Origin: an uncultured Chryseobacterium sp.
GTDB taxonomy: Bacteria; Bacteroidota; Bacteroidia; Flavobacteriales; Weeksellaceae
DNA length: 64,000 nucleotides
Assembly (NCBI GenBank): GCA_964588705.1
Contig: CAZPQV010000003.1
Coordinates: forward strand, 12,926 to 76,925
Reading direction: 5' to 3'
This document shows, piece after piece, positions 19,545-29,065 of the stretch; the first letter of the stretch is position 1, and every line of letters begins with the position of its first letter. The notes below the pieces were generated by a model that searched no databases, was not told where the DNA came from, and saw only the letters and a program-made list of their open reading frames with translations. A program made the translations under genes and the position numbers.

Positions 19545-20334
19545 AACTTTTTTCGTTCTTTTTTTGGTTTGCAGTTATGCAATGCTTTCGGCACAATATA
19601 CCGTTCCGAAGAAGCCAGCCGTGCTTTATCCTGTTTACGATGAAGTAGGGTTGCTCACTGAGGCCGAAAAAACCGAACTGAACAATAAACTCATCAAGTT
19701 TGCAGATTCCACTTCTACGGAAATTGAGGTAATCATTATCCCAACAACCAACGGAGAAGACATCAATTTCGTGGCTTGGCAATTCGGTGAACAGTGGAAA
19801 ATTGGCAAGAAAGAAGTTGATAACGGAATCGTTTTTCTTATTGCTTCCGAAGACCGAAAAATGTCGATTCAGCAGGGACGTGCCGTTGAGAAATATCTTA
19901 CTGCATCGGTTGCCGGACAAATCATCGATTATATAGTTGCGCCAAATTTCAAGCAGGGACTTTGGTATGAAGGCATCAACCGTGGAACGACAGCTCTGAT
20001 GGAAACCGTTCAGGGAAAATTTAAACCAATTGAACGGGAATACGAAGGCGAGGGTCCGGGATTGGCAGAAATCATCGTCATTTTATTAGTTATTATGCTG
20101 TTCCTTTATTTACTGTCTAAAAGTAACGGCGGCGGTGGTGGAAGAGGATATTATGATGACGAAGATGTTATCATTTCAAGACGCGGACGCAGAACATATC
20201 CGGGAGGTTTCTTCCCGTTCCCACCAATGGGTGGTGGATTTGGAGGCGGTGGCTTCGGAGGCGGCGGAGGTGGTTTCGGCGGCTTTGGCGGCGGAGGAAG
20301 TTTTGGCGGCGGCGGTGCATCCGGAGGTTGGTAA
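19525..20334 (+). CDS. TPM domain-containing protein, YgcG-like with TM and Gly-rich tail
   Basis: Signal peptide, TPM domain (VYDEVGLLTEAEKTELNNKL ... NGIVFLIASEDRKMSIQQG), TM segment and a GGFGGGG repeat tail. Confidence 0.8.
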   Translation: MRLHSLKTFFVLFLVCSYAMLSAQYTVPKKPAVLYPVYDEVGLLTEAEKTELNNKLIKFADSTSTEIEVIIIPTTNGEDINFVAWQFGEQWKIGKKEVDNGIVFLIASEDRKMSIQQGRAVEKYLTASVAGQIIDYIVAPNFKQGLWYEGINRGTTALMETVQGKFKPIEREYEGEGPGLAEIIVILLVIMLFLYLLSKSNGGGGGRGYYDDEDVIISRRGRRTYPGGFFPFPPMGGGFGGGGFGGGGGGFGGFGGGGSFGGGGASGGW

Positions 20335-20352
20335 TTTTTTATTTAGTTAATT

Positions 20353-20688
20353 ATGAAAAATACATTCTTAATTATTCTAAGAGTCTTGATGATTGCAATT
20401 CTGCTTGCAAAAGTCTCCAGTTGGTTTATAGATTACAGCGAAAACATTGAAAACCTAATTAATACAGCAATGTTTTCACTCATTGGAATTTACTTTATCG
20501 TAATGGGAATTGTGTTTGACAAAAAACTTCTGAAAGCTATTTTCCTCATAAGCGGTGCTATTTTAATCATCTTTAATTTTATTGCATTAAACGGATTTCT
20601 TGAATTCATTAAATTAATCGCCTTAGTTGTTCCAATTGCTTTAGGCTACTTTTCTAAAGAAGTAAAACTTACTAAACAAAAAATTTAA
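20353..20688 (+). CDS. small hypothetical membrane protein
   Basis: 111 aa with about 4 hydrophobic segments. No family recognised. Confidence 0.5.
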   Translation: MKNTFLIILRVLMIAILLAKVSSWFIDYSENIENLINTAMFSLIGIYFIVMGIVFDKKLLKAIFLISGAILIIFNFIALNGFLEFIKLIALVVPIALGYFSKEVKLTKQKI

Positions 20689-20790
20689 AGCATACTTAAA
20701 AAAAATCAGTCACACGTTGCCTGATTTTTTTCTTGATATACTGTTTCAAAAAACCTCATTTTTCAGTATATTTGAAGAAAGTCATTCTGC

Positions 20791-21318
20791 TTGAAAAATA
20801 CACTTGTACTTTTCGCCCATCCTTATCTGGAACACTCGAAATCAAACCGGGAGTTAATCAACTTCTATGTGCGGCATCAGCACTACGATTTTCGAGATTT
20901 GTATGAGGAATATCCGGATTTTCACATTCCTGCATTCCGCGAACGGAAACGAATTGGCAATTACGACCGCATTATTTTTCATTTCCCTTTGATTTGGTTC
21001 GGGATTCCGCCTTTATTAAAACTTTGGATGGATGAAGTTTTTGATGTGAAATGGCAGAAGGAAGACATCAATAATCCAATGGAAGGACAGGAAGCTATCA
21101 TTTTGGTTACCACCAACTTCCGCGAGCAGCATTTTACAAAAGAAGGTCAGTTTGGTCATACGATGGATGAACTTCTGTCAGGGCTTTTTATAGCACTCAA
21201 TCAGAATAATATTACAATTACCGACGTGCTGTACATCTACAATGTCGATGGACTCAGCAAAAAGGAAATCATTAATTATAAACAGAATTTCCAAAAAATT
21301 CTAAAAGAAAACGAATAA
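20791..21318 (+). CDS. kefF: flavodoxin-like NAD(P)H oxidoreductase, KefF/KefG-like ancillary protein
   Basis: TTG start giving MKNTLVLFAHPYLEHSKSN. FHFPLIWFGIPPLLKLWMDEV matches the Flavodoxin_2 family. TAATG overlap with the downstream CPA2 antiporter. Confidence 0.7.
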   Translation: MKNTLVLFAHPYLEHSKSNRELINFYVRHQHYDFRDLYEEYPDFHIPAFRERKRIGNYDRIIFHFPLIWFGIPPLLKLWMDEVFDVKWQKEDINNPMEGQEAIILVTTNFREQHFTKEGQFGHTMDELLSGLFIALNQNNITITDVLYIYNVDGLSKKEIINYKQNFQKILKENE

Positions 21319-23183
21319 TGGAAGGCAGTTTCGCAACAACGATACTTATTTTTCTTGGTGCTGCCATCATTATGGCACCACTGGTGAAACGGCTGGGACT
21401 GAGTTCAGTAATCGGATATATTCTTGGAGGTATTATCATTGGGCCTTTCGTTCTGAAACTTACCGGCCACGAAACCGACGACATTATGCATACTACAGAA
21501 TTTGGTGTGGTAATGCTTTTATTTCTGGTCGGCCTCGAACTGGAGCCAAGAAAGTTTTGGGCAATGCGGAAGAAAATCATTGGTTTGGGATTAAGCCAAA
21601 TGCTCCTCACCATTGCGATCCTCTTCCCTATTTTCTATTATTCGGGTTGGCGGCCAAACCAGGGATTGGCGGTGGCGATATGTTTTGCCATGTCTTCAAC
21701 GGCGATTGTATTGCAGTTTCTTCAGGAAAAAAATCTGTTCAGAACTTCTGCAGGTGAAGCATCTTTTGCCACACTTCTTTTTCAGGATATTGCAGTAATC
21801 CCAATTCTCGCAATTCTCCCTCTTATTGCCGGTTACAATCCGCCGGAAGAGGAAACGGCGGTTACACTTCTCATTCAGGAATTGCCAAAATGGTTGCAGC
21901 CTTTTTCAGTATTATTTGGAGTTGCAGCGCTGATACTTTTAGGAAGGTTCGTATTTGTTCCGTTCCTGAGATATGTTTCGAAGTCGAACATGAGTGAGTT
22001 GCTCACAGCTTCTTCCCTGTTCCTGGTTTTAGGCGTTTCGGAGCTTATGATTGCTGTTGGGCTTTCTCCTGCACTTGGTGCATTTATCGCCGGTGTAATG
22101 TTGGCCAACAGTGAGTTCAGGCATGAACTGGAAGCACAGGTTGATCCTTTCAAAGGTCTTCTTCTCGCTGTGTTTTTTGTAAGCGTTGGCGCGACAATTA
22201 ATTTCAATGTTATTGAAAGAGACCCACTGTTTATTTTCAGTACGGTAGCAGTGGTTCTGATCGTAAAATTCCTTGTGCTTTTTGCAATCGGTAAATTTTT
22301 CAAACTTTTTAATGAACAGAATTTCCTTTACGCATTTGCACTATCACAAGTTGGTGAATTTGCTTTTGTTTTAATTAATTATTCTTCAAAATTATATTTA
22401 ATAGACCGCGAGCTCAATGCGCAAATGATGGCAGTTACTGCAATTACGATGTGCGTAACGCCTCTATTACTTTTATTTAATTCGAATTTTATTACGCCGA
22501 GATATGTTCGGAAAGACTCTGAGGATGATGAGTTGAAAATTCCTGATAATGTTGAACAGCAGAATGTAATCATTGTTGGTTTCGGGCATTTTGGAAGTAC
22601 CGTCGGCAGACTTCTAAGAGCCAATAAAATCAGTGCGACGGTTTTGGATCACGATTCGGACAGGGTGCGACTTTTAAGAAGCTACGGGTTTAAAGTTTAT
22701 TATGGTGACGCGACGAGACTGCAGGTTTTACGGACTGCCGGCGCCGACAACGCCAAAATTCTTGTGCTATGCCTTGACAGTTCAGAAGACAATATGTTTA
22801 TCGCAGAACTGGTGCGAAAGCACTTTCCTCAAATAAAGGTTTTTGTCCGGGCGAAAAATCGTCTTGATGCTTATTCTTTCCTCAATAACGGGATTGATAA
22901 AATTTACCGTGAAACTTTGGGAACGGCTGTGGATATGGCAATTGATGTTCTTCAGGAAACCGGAATGAGAAAATATTCTGCCCGAAGAATGGGTAAACGA
23001 TTTGAAATGATCGACAAAACTTCTGTAAGAAAACTCGCACAGGAACTTCTGAAAGACGAGATGACTTTCACCGTGAGAGAAGAAATGCAACGCGAAGCCG
23101 AAATGCTTGCAATGGACAGCTTATCCCTTGAAAACCAGGAATATCTTGCAGAAAATGATGATGAAAATTCAGATAAAGCTTAA
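21318..23183 (+). CDS. kefC: CPA2 monovalent cation:proton antiporter, KefB/KefC-type K+ efflux system with C-terminal RCK/TrkA-N domain
   Basis: 621 aa. Na_H exchanger membrane domain, then VIIVGFGHFGSTVGRLL (Rossmann GxGxxG). Confidence 0.85.
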   Translation: MEGSFATTILIFLGAAIIMAPLVKRLGLSSVIGYILGGIIIGPFVLKLTGHETDDIMHTTEFGVVMLLFLVGLELEPRKFWAMRKKIIGLGLSQMLLTIAILFPIFYYSGWRPNQGLAVAICFAMSSTAIVLQFLQEKNLFRTSAGEASFATLLFQDIAVIPILAILPLIAGYNPPEEETAVTLLIQELPKWLQPFSVLFGVAALILLGRFVFVPFLRYVSKSNMSELLTASSLFLVLGVSELMIAVGLSPALGAFIAGVMLANSEFRHELEAQVDPFKGLLLAVFFVSVGATINFNVIERDPLFIFSTVAVVLIVKFLVLFAIGKFFKLFNEQNFLYAFALSQVGEFAFVLINYSSKLYLIDRELNAQMMAVTAITMCVTPLLLLFNSNFITPRYVRKDSEDDELKIPDNVEQQNVIIVGFGHFGSTVGRLLRANKISATVLDHDSDRVRLLRSYGFKVYYGDATRLQVLRTAGADNAKILVLCLDSSEDNMFIAELVRKHFPQIKVFVRAKNRLDAYSFLNNGIDKIYRETLGTAVDMAIDVLQETGMRKYSARRMGKRFEMIDKTSVRKLAQELLKDEMTFTVREEMQREAEMLAMDSLSLENQEYLAENDDENSDKA

Positions 23184-23974
23184 TCTACTGAAACCGTTCC
23201 GGAGCTGCTTTCTGTTTTTGAAATAATGTTTAAAGCACCTTTTCTGTAAACTTTTATGCTTCCGCTGGAGCTTGCTGAAGCCGAAAGTTTATCCGTCACA
23301 GAAACATCCACATCGCCACTGCTTGAAGCATGAAGCTCAGCAACCTGCACCACAAGTTCTTTTGCGTCGATAGAACCGGAGGAAGACGCCTGCATTTTCG
23401 CATTGGTCGCTTTTCCTGTAACATCCATATCTCCGGATGACGACGCCTGCGCATTGAGATTGATTGCCCAGATTCTACCTTTAAAATCACCGCTGCTTGA
23501 TGCGCTGATGCTCATTTCGTTGGCCTCAAGATTACCTTCAACCGTTCCTGAACTTCCAACATTGACCGTCATTTTTTCCTGAACAAATTTATCCCTGATT
23601 TTAATTTCAGCAGAAGAATCTGCGGTAACTGAATGAAAATCTTTAGCATAAATTTTTGCGGTCACATTATTTGAAGAAATATTGAGTTTGGGACGGAATT
23701 TGATATGAATTCCATCACCATTTTTTTCAACCAAAACATCATCTAAAATATCAGCAGGAGCAGAAATCACCACACGTTCTTCATTGGATTTAACAACCTC
23801 AGCATCAATGCCCTGAGATACTTTTATGACATCAAAATCCATTTTATATTCTCTGTCGGCAACGGGTAATTTTCCTTCTTTCTGATTAAAGAAAAACGCT
23901 GCGCCTTCACTTTTAATATTACAGGATGTTAAAAGAATTGCAGCAAATACGGCGGAAATAATTGGTGTTTTCAT
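23180..23974 (-). CDS. DUF2807 / head GIN domain lipoprotein (putative beta-helical adhesin-like)
   Basis: ATG at 23974 gives MKTPIISAVFAAILLTSC (lipobox). Repeated SSSGD/SSSGS beta-strand repeats. The TTG at 23998 falls inside the predicted -7 box. Confidence 0.7.
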   Translation of the reverse strand: MKTPIISAVFAAILLTSCNIKSEGAAFFFNQKEGKLPVADREYKMDFDVIKVSQGIDAEVVKSNEERVVISAPADILDDVLVEKNGDGIHIKFRPKLNISSNNVTAKIYAKDFHSVTADSSAEIKIRDKFVQEKMTVNVGSSGTVEGNLEANEMSISASSSGDFKGRIWAINLNAQASSSGDMDVTGKATNAKMQASSSGSIDAKELVVQVAELHASSSGDVDVSVTDKLSASASSSGSIKVYRKGALNIISKTESSSGTVSVD

Positions 23975-23995
23975 AGCAGTAGGATATAAATTTTT

Positions 23996-24003
23996 CAAAT
24001 TTA
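23996..24003 (-). promoter_or_regulatory. -7 box TAAATTTG
   Basis: 21 nt upstream of the ATG at 23974. Confidence 0.45.
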
Positions 24004-24048
24004 AAAAAAGAAAGTATCTTTATGCATTAATTTTATAACAATTAACGT

Positions 24049-26199
24049 ATGAGAAATATTACATCACTCTTTTTAATTTCTTCATTGGCGGTGACGACTG
24101 CCTGCACAACGATGAATACAGTAACAGACAACAAAACGCCACAGGAAATTCCTGCTCCGGATGCGTCAATGAACGGAAACCCTTTCCTTACAAAAAGTAC
24201 GCTTCAGTATCAGACACCGGAATTTGACAAAATCAGAAATGAGCATTTTAAACCGGCTTTTGATTACGGATTAAAGGTCCAATCTGCTGAAATTGAAAAT
24301 ATAATTAACAATCCGGCCGCTCCGACTTTCGAAAATACAGTTTTGGCACTTGAAACAAGCGGTGAAGTTCTGAGCAGAGCAAGAACGGTATTCTTCACAT
24401 TAACCGGTGCAAACACCAATCCTGAACTGCAAAAAATAAATAAGGAATATGCTCCGATTTTCTCAGCACATTCTGATAAAATTTATCTTAATGATAAGCT
24501 TTGGGAAAGAATTAAAGCAGTAAACACGGATGGATTAGACAGCGAAAGCAAAAAACTGGTTGAATATTACAGACAGAATTTCAGTCTTGCAGGTGCAGAT
24601 ATCGCTGCCGATAAAAAAGACGAACTGAAAAAAATAAACTCGGAAACGGCTACATTACAAACCAATTTCACGAACCAACTTCTTGATGCAAGAAAAAATT
24701 CAGCATTGGTTTTTGATAATGTAAAAGATTTAGACGGACTTTCTGCTGACGATCTTGCCATTGCTGCTGCTGATGCGAAAGCTGCCGGACAAGAGGGAAA
24801 ATATTTGCTGAACATCACCAATACAACTCAGCAGCCGCTTCTTCAGAAATTGAAAAACAGAGCGACAAGAGAAAAACTCTTCAAAGCATCTTGGTACAGG
24901 GCTGAAAAAGGTGATAATGCCGATACAAGACAAACTATTGAAAGACTTGCAAACCTAAGACTTCAAAAAGCGAAACTGTTAGGTTTCAATTCATTCTCCG
25001 ATTGGAAACTTCAGGATCAGATGGCGCAAACTCCAACAAAAGCAATGGATTTGTTGCACCAGCTTGCAAAACCTGCAATTGAAACTGCAAAAAGAGAGCA
25101 AACAGAAATTCAGAATCTTATTGATGCTCAAAAAGGAGGTTTCGTAGTAGAACCTTGGGACTGGAATTTCTATGCAGAACAGGTAAGAAAAGCAAAATAC
25201 GATTTGGATGAAAACGAACTGATGCCTTACTTCGAAGCAACAACCGTTCTTGAAAAAGGTGTTTTCTATGCTGCTGAAAAATTCTTCGGAGTAACGTTCA
25301 AGAAGAGAACCGATCTTCCGGTATATCACCCTGAAGTTTTGGTTTACGAAATTTTCGACAACGACGGATCGTCAATGGCTTTATTCTATGTTGACCTGTT
25401 CTCGAGAGACAGCAAAAGAGGTGGCGCATGGATGAGTAACTTCGTTCGCCAATCGCATTTATTGGGTCAAAAACCTGTAATTACCAATGTTTTAAACAAT
25501 CAAAAACCGGCAGAAGGAAATCCTGCGCTGATTACTTTTGACAATGTTATCACAATGTTCCACGAATTTGGACATGCATCGCACGGATTATTCGCCAATC
25601 AAAAATACAGTTCACTTTCAGGAACTGCGGTTCCGAGAGACTTTGTGGAGCTTCCTTCTCAGTTGTTCGAGTTCTTCGCATTAGAACCTGCGGTATTTAA
25701 AAACTACGCTGTTCACCACAAAACCAAGCAGCCAATGCCACAATCTTTGGTAGATAAAATTAAAAAGGCAGGAACTTTCAATCAGGGATATTCTACAACA
25801 GAATTGGTTTCTGCAGCGATGATTGATATGAGCTGGCACGCTGTAACCGACGAATCTCAGTTAAAACCGGCACTGGAGTTCGAGAAAAATGTGCTGAACA
25901 AATATGGTTTCACGCTTAATGCAGTTCCGCCAAGATACCACTCTCCTTACTTCGCGCACGTTTTCGGCGGAGGATATTCGGCAGGATATTACGCTTATAT
26001 GTGGGCTGATGTTCTTAATGCTTCTGCTTGGGATTATATCGTAAAGAGCGGTGGAATGACAAGAGAAAACGGAGACCGTTACAGACAATACATTCTGTCT
26101 GTAGGTAATTCTGTCGATCTGAATAAGGCATTTAAAGATTACACAGGAAACGACCCGGATATCAAGCCACTTTTAAGAAATAAAGGATTTATTAAATAA
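24049..26199 (+). CDS. dcp: M3 family peptidyl-dipeptidase Dcp (lipoprotein form)
   Basis: 716 aa. Lipoprotein signal SSLAVTTAC and zinc motif HEFGHASH. Confidence 0.9.
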   Translation: MRNITSLFLISSLAVTTACTTMNTVTDNKTPQEIPAPDASMNGNPFLTKSTLQYQTPEFDKIRNEHFKPAFDYGLKVQSAEIENIINNPAAPTFENTVLALETSGEVLSRARTVFFTLTGANTNPELQKINKEYAPIFSAHSDKIYLNDKLWERIKAVNTDGLDSESKKLVEYYRQNFSLAGADIAADKKDELKKINSETATLQTNFTNQLLDARKNSALVFDNVKDLDGLSADDLAIAAADAKAAGQEGKYLLNITNTTQQPLLQKLKNRATREKLFKASWYRAEKGDNADTRQTIERLANLRLQKAKLLGFNSFSDWKLQDQMAQTPTKAMDLLHQLAKPAIETAKREQTEIQNLIDAQKGGFVVEPWDWNFYAEQVRKAKYDLDENELMPYFEATTVLEKGVFYAAEKFFGVTFKKRTDLPVYHPEVLVYEIFDNDGSSMALFYVDLFSRDSKRGGAWMSNFVRQSHLLGQKPVITNVLNNQKPAEGNPALITFDNVITMFHEFGHASHGLFANQKYSSLSGTAVPRDFVELPSQLFEFFALEPAVFKNYAVHHKTKQPMPQSLVDKIKKAGTFNQGYSTTELVSAAMIDMSWHAVTDESQLKPALEFEKNVLNKYGFTLNAVPPRYHSPYFAHVFGGGYSAGYYAYMWADVLNASAWDYIVKSGGMTRENGDRYRQYILSVGNSVDLNKAFKDYTGNDPDIKPLLRNKGFIK

Positions 26200-26217
26200 T
26201 AAAAATCTTAATTTTGC

Positions 26218-26247
26218 AACCGTCCAAATAATTTTGGACGGTTTTTT
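26218..26247 (+). terminator. intrinsic terminator of dcp copy 1
   Basis: 11-bp stem AACCGTCCAAA/TTTGGACGGTT, 4-nt loop, T-run. Confidence 0.85.
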
Positions 26248-26300
26248 GTATATCAGATTGAGATTATCAAGAAGATACCTGCTGATTATAAACGGTTTAT

Positions 26301-28430
26301 ATGAAAAAAATAGCTTTACTTTTTTTTATTTTTTCATTCATTGCACTGAGTTCACAAACCAACAATGGAGTTTATCCGCAGGCAATCCCGCAGCCTGATA
26401 AGGAGCTCTCTGCCAATCCGTTGATTTCTGGAAGTAAATTGCCTTATGGAGCACCTGATTTTACCAAAATAAGAGATTACCATTACAAACCTGCATTTGA
26501 ATACGGACTGAAAGTTCAGAAAATTGAAATTGAAAATATCGTCAATAATCCCGATAAACCAAATTTCGAAAACACAGTCTTAGCTCTTGAAAAGAGCGGT
26601 AAAATTCTAAAAAACGCTCAGTCTGTTTTCTTCAATATCACGGGAATTAATAATGATTACAGAATTCAACAACTGATAGAAGAATATTCCAGAACATTTG
26701 CCAAGCACAACGATGAGATTTACATGAATCAGAAACTTTATCAGAGGATAAAACTGATAAATCCAAACGGACTGGACTTTGAAGACCGTAAACTGATTGA
26801 ATTCTACAGAAATAATTTTGCACTTGCCGGCGCTGATGTAAAAAGCAATAAAAAAGAAAGACTGAAAACCATTAATACTGAATTGGCTTCACTTTCTTCA
26901 CAGTATCAAAACAAGCTCATCCGTGCCAGAAGAAAAGCAGGAGTGGTTATTTCTAATGTTGACCTTCTTGACGGATTAACAAAAGCTGAAATTGCTCACG
27001 CTGCCAACGATGCAAAAAATGCAAGTTTGGCCGGTAAATATCTGCTGACACTTTCCGAAACCACTCAGCAAACTTATCTGCGAAATTTAAACAACCGAAA
27101 ATTAAGAGAACAAATCTATAATGCTTCGAGATATCGTGCGGAGCAAAATGACGAAAATGATACGAGAGCAACTTTGGAGAAAATTGCAAAATTAAGACTT
27201 GAAAAAGCACGACTTCTCGGTCATAAAACTTTTGCCGACTGGAAGCTTCAGAACCAAATGATCAAATCACCTTCCAAAGCACTTTCGATTTTATCGCAAA
27301 TTGCAGGTCCTGCAATGAACACTGCTGAAAAAGAGAGACAGGAACTTCAGCAAATCATAGACCGTGAAAGAAGTTTTAAGATTGAACCATGGGATTGGGC
27401 ATATTATTCTGAAAAACTGCGAAAAGAAAAATTTGGCATTAATGAAGACGAACTGAAAGAATATTTCAGTCTCAATAATGTTCTTGAAAAAGGTATTTTC
27501 TACGCGGCAAACAAATATTACGGCATCACGCTAAAACAGAGAAAAGACATTCCTGTTTATCATTCCGACGTTTCCGTTTATGAGATTTTCGACCGCGAAG
27601 GAAAATCTATTGCTTTATACTATCTCGATCTATATAATAGAAGTACCAAGGCAGAAGGTGCATGGATGAGCAACTTTGTAGAGCAGTCCCATATATATGA
27701 GCAAAAACCGGTGGTCATTAATGTTTTTAATTATCCGAAACCGATAGCCGGAAAACCAACATTATTGAGTTTGGACGATGTAAGAAAACTTTTCCACGAA
27801 TTCGGACATGCACTGCACGGATTTTTTGCAGATCAAAAATATGCTTCACTTTCCGGAACAAACACACCGAAAGATTTTGTGGAGTTCCCTTCACAATTCA
27901 ATGAATTTTTCGCTTACGAACCAGAAATCCTGAAGAATTATGCAAAAAGCTATAAAAGCGGTGCTTCCATTTCTGATGAAAAAATAAAAACCATTAAAGA
28001 GCTTGAAAATTTCAATATCGGTTACAGAACTACAGAACTTGTGGCTGCCGCAACCCTTGATTTGAAATGGCATTCCGTTAAAAGAGAAAAGCAGATAAAG
28101 CCAACGGAAGAATTTGAAAAAGCCGCGCTCAAAAAATCCGGTTTTGGAAATTCTCAAGTTCCGTTAAGATACTACAGTCCGTATTTTGCACATATTTGGG
28201 GCGACGGATATTCGGCAGGATATTATGCCTATATTTGGTCAGACATCCTTAGTTATTCGGCTTGGGATAAAGTTCAGAACTCAGGCGGAATTACTAAAGA
28301 GAATGGTGAACAGTTTAGAACAAAAATTCTTTCTGTTGGAAATTCAAGAGATTTAAATCAGGCGTTCAGAAGTTTTACAGGAAAAGATCCCGACATCAAA
28401 CCGCTCTTGCGAAGCAAAGGTTTCAGATAA
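26301..28430 (+). CDS. dcp: M3 family peptidyl-dipeptidase Dcp, tandem paralog
   Basis: 709 aa. Sec signal FIALSSQ and zinc motif HEFGHALH. Collinear with the upstream paralog along its full length. Confidence 0.9.
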   Translation: MKKIALLFFIFSFIALSSQTNNGVYPQAIPQPDKELSANPLISGSKLPYGAPDFTKIRDYHYKPAFEYGLKVQKIEIENIVNNPDKPNFENTVLALEKSGKILKNAQSVFFNITGINNDYRIQQLIEEYSRTFAKHNDEIYMNQKLYQRIKLINPNGLDFEDRKLIEFYRNNFALAGADVKSNKKERLKTINTELASLSSQYQNKLIRARRKAGVVISNVDLLDGLTKAEIAHAANDAKNASLAGKYLLTLSETTQQTYLRNLNNRKLREQIYNASRYRAEQNDENDTRATLEKIAKLRLEKARLLGHKTFADWKLQNQMIKSPSKALSILSQIAGPAMNTAEKERQELQQIIDRERSFKIEPWDWAYYSEKLRKEKFGINEDELKEYFSLNNVLEKGIFYAANKYYGITLKQRKDIPVYHSDVSVYEIFDREGKSIALYYLDLYNRSTKAEGAWMSNFVEQSHIYEQKPVVINVFNYPKPIAGKPTLLSLDDVRKLFHEFGHALHGFFADQKYASLSGTNTPKDFVEFPSQFNEFFAYEPEILKNYAKSYKSGASISDEKIKTIKELENFNIGYRTTELVAAATLDLKWHSVKREKQIKPTEEFEKAALKKSGFGNSQVPLRYYSPYFAHIWGDGYSAGYYAYIWSDILSYSAWDKVQNSGGITKENGEQFRTKILSVGNSRDLNQAFRSFTGKDPDIKPLLRSKGFR

Positions 28431-28436
28431 AATAAA

Positions 28437-28462
28437 AACCGTCCGAACATTCGGACGGTTTT
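28437..28462 (+). terminator. intrinsic terminator of dcp copy 2
   Basis: 10-bp stem AACCGTCCGA/TCGGACGGTT, 4-nt loop, short T-run. The stem is nearly identical to the copy 1 terminator. Confidence 0.8.
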
Positions 28463-28520
28463 CTATTCTGTGAATAACAGTTCATTGCCGATGAACAGGT
28501 TAAATCTTTAACTTTACGGC

Positions 28521-28973
28521 ATGAATAATATTTCCAAATACAATCTCTATCTGCTGAAAAGCATTCCTATTTCAAGAATTGCAGGTGTAAAAGTTTCAAA
28601 ACTGAATGATTCGGAATGTGAGACCACTGTAAAACATGGTTGGTTTAATCAAAATCCGTTTAAATCGATGTTTTGGGCAGTTCAGGGAATGGCCGCAGAA
28701 TTTTCTACCGGAATCATGTGTGCTGATAAAATCAGGAAATCGGGGAAGAAAGTTTCAATGCTTGTGATACAGAACAATGCGGAGTTTTCGAAAAAAGCAA
28801 CCGGAAAAATTGTTTTCAGCTGCAGCCAGGGAAAGGAGATTGATGAGGTGATAAAACGAGCGGTAGAAACCGGCGAAGGACAAACACTGACGCTCTCTTC
28901 CGAAGGAAAAGATGAGAAAGGTGATACCGTTTCGAAATTCAATTTCGTTTGGAGTTTTAAGGTGAAAAACTAA
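28521..28973 (+). CDS. DUF4442-like hotdog-fold protein (tentative)
   Basis: 150 aa. GWFNQNPFKSMFWAVQGMAAEFSTG resembles DUF4442 family members as I remember them. Confidence 0.55.
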   Translation: MNNISKYNLYLLKSIPISRIAGVKVSKLNDSECETTVKHGWFNQNPFKSMFWAVQGMAAEFSTGIMCADKIRKSGKKVSMLVIQNNAEFSKKATGKIVFSCSQGKEIDEVIKRAVETGEGQTLTLSSEGKDEKGDTVSKFNFVWSFKVKN

Positions 28974-29011
28974 TTTTATAGTTTACAAAAATTTAGAAAA
29001 CAGGAAATAAA

Positions 29012-29053
29012 AATGCCACGAATGAACGAATAAATCCGTGCATTCGTGGCATT
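29012..29053 (+). repeat. CACGAAT hairpin element, complete copy
   Basis: AATGCCACGAATG - 16 nt loop - CATTCGTGGCATT, a 13-bp perfect stem between convergent genes. Confidence 0.85.
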
Positions 29054-29065
29054 ACCTTTTTCTTT

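Noticed and set aside
20135-20350. 71-aa ORF overlapping the Gly-rich tail of the YgcG-like gene
   Set aside because: It is an alternative frame of a GGC-repeat region with no independent support.
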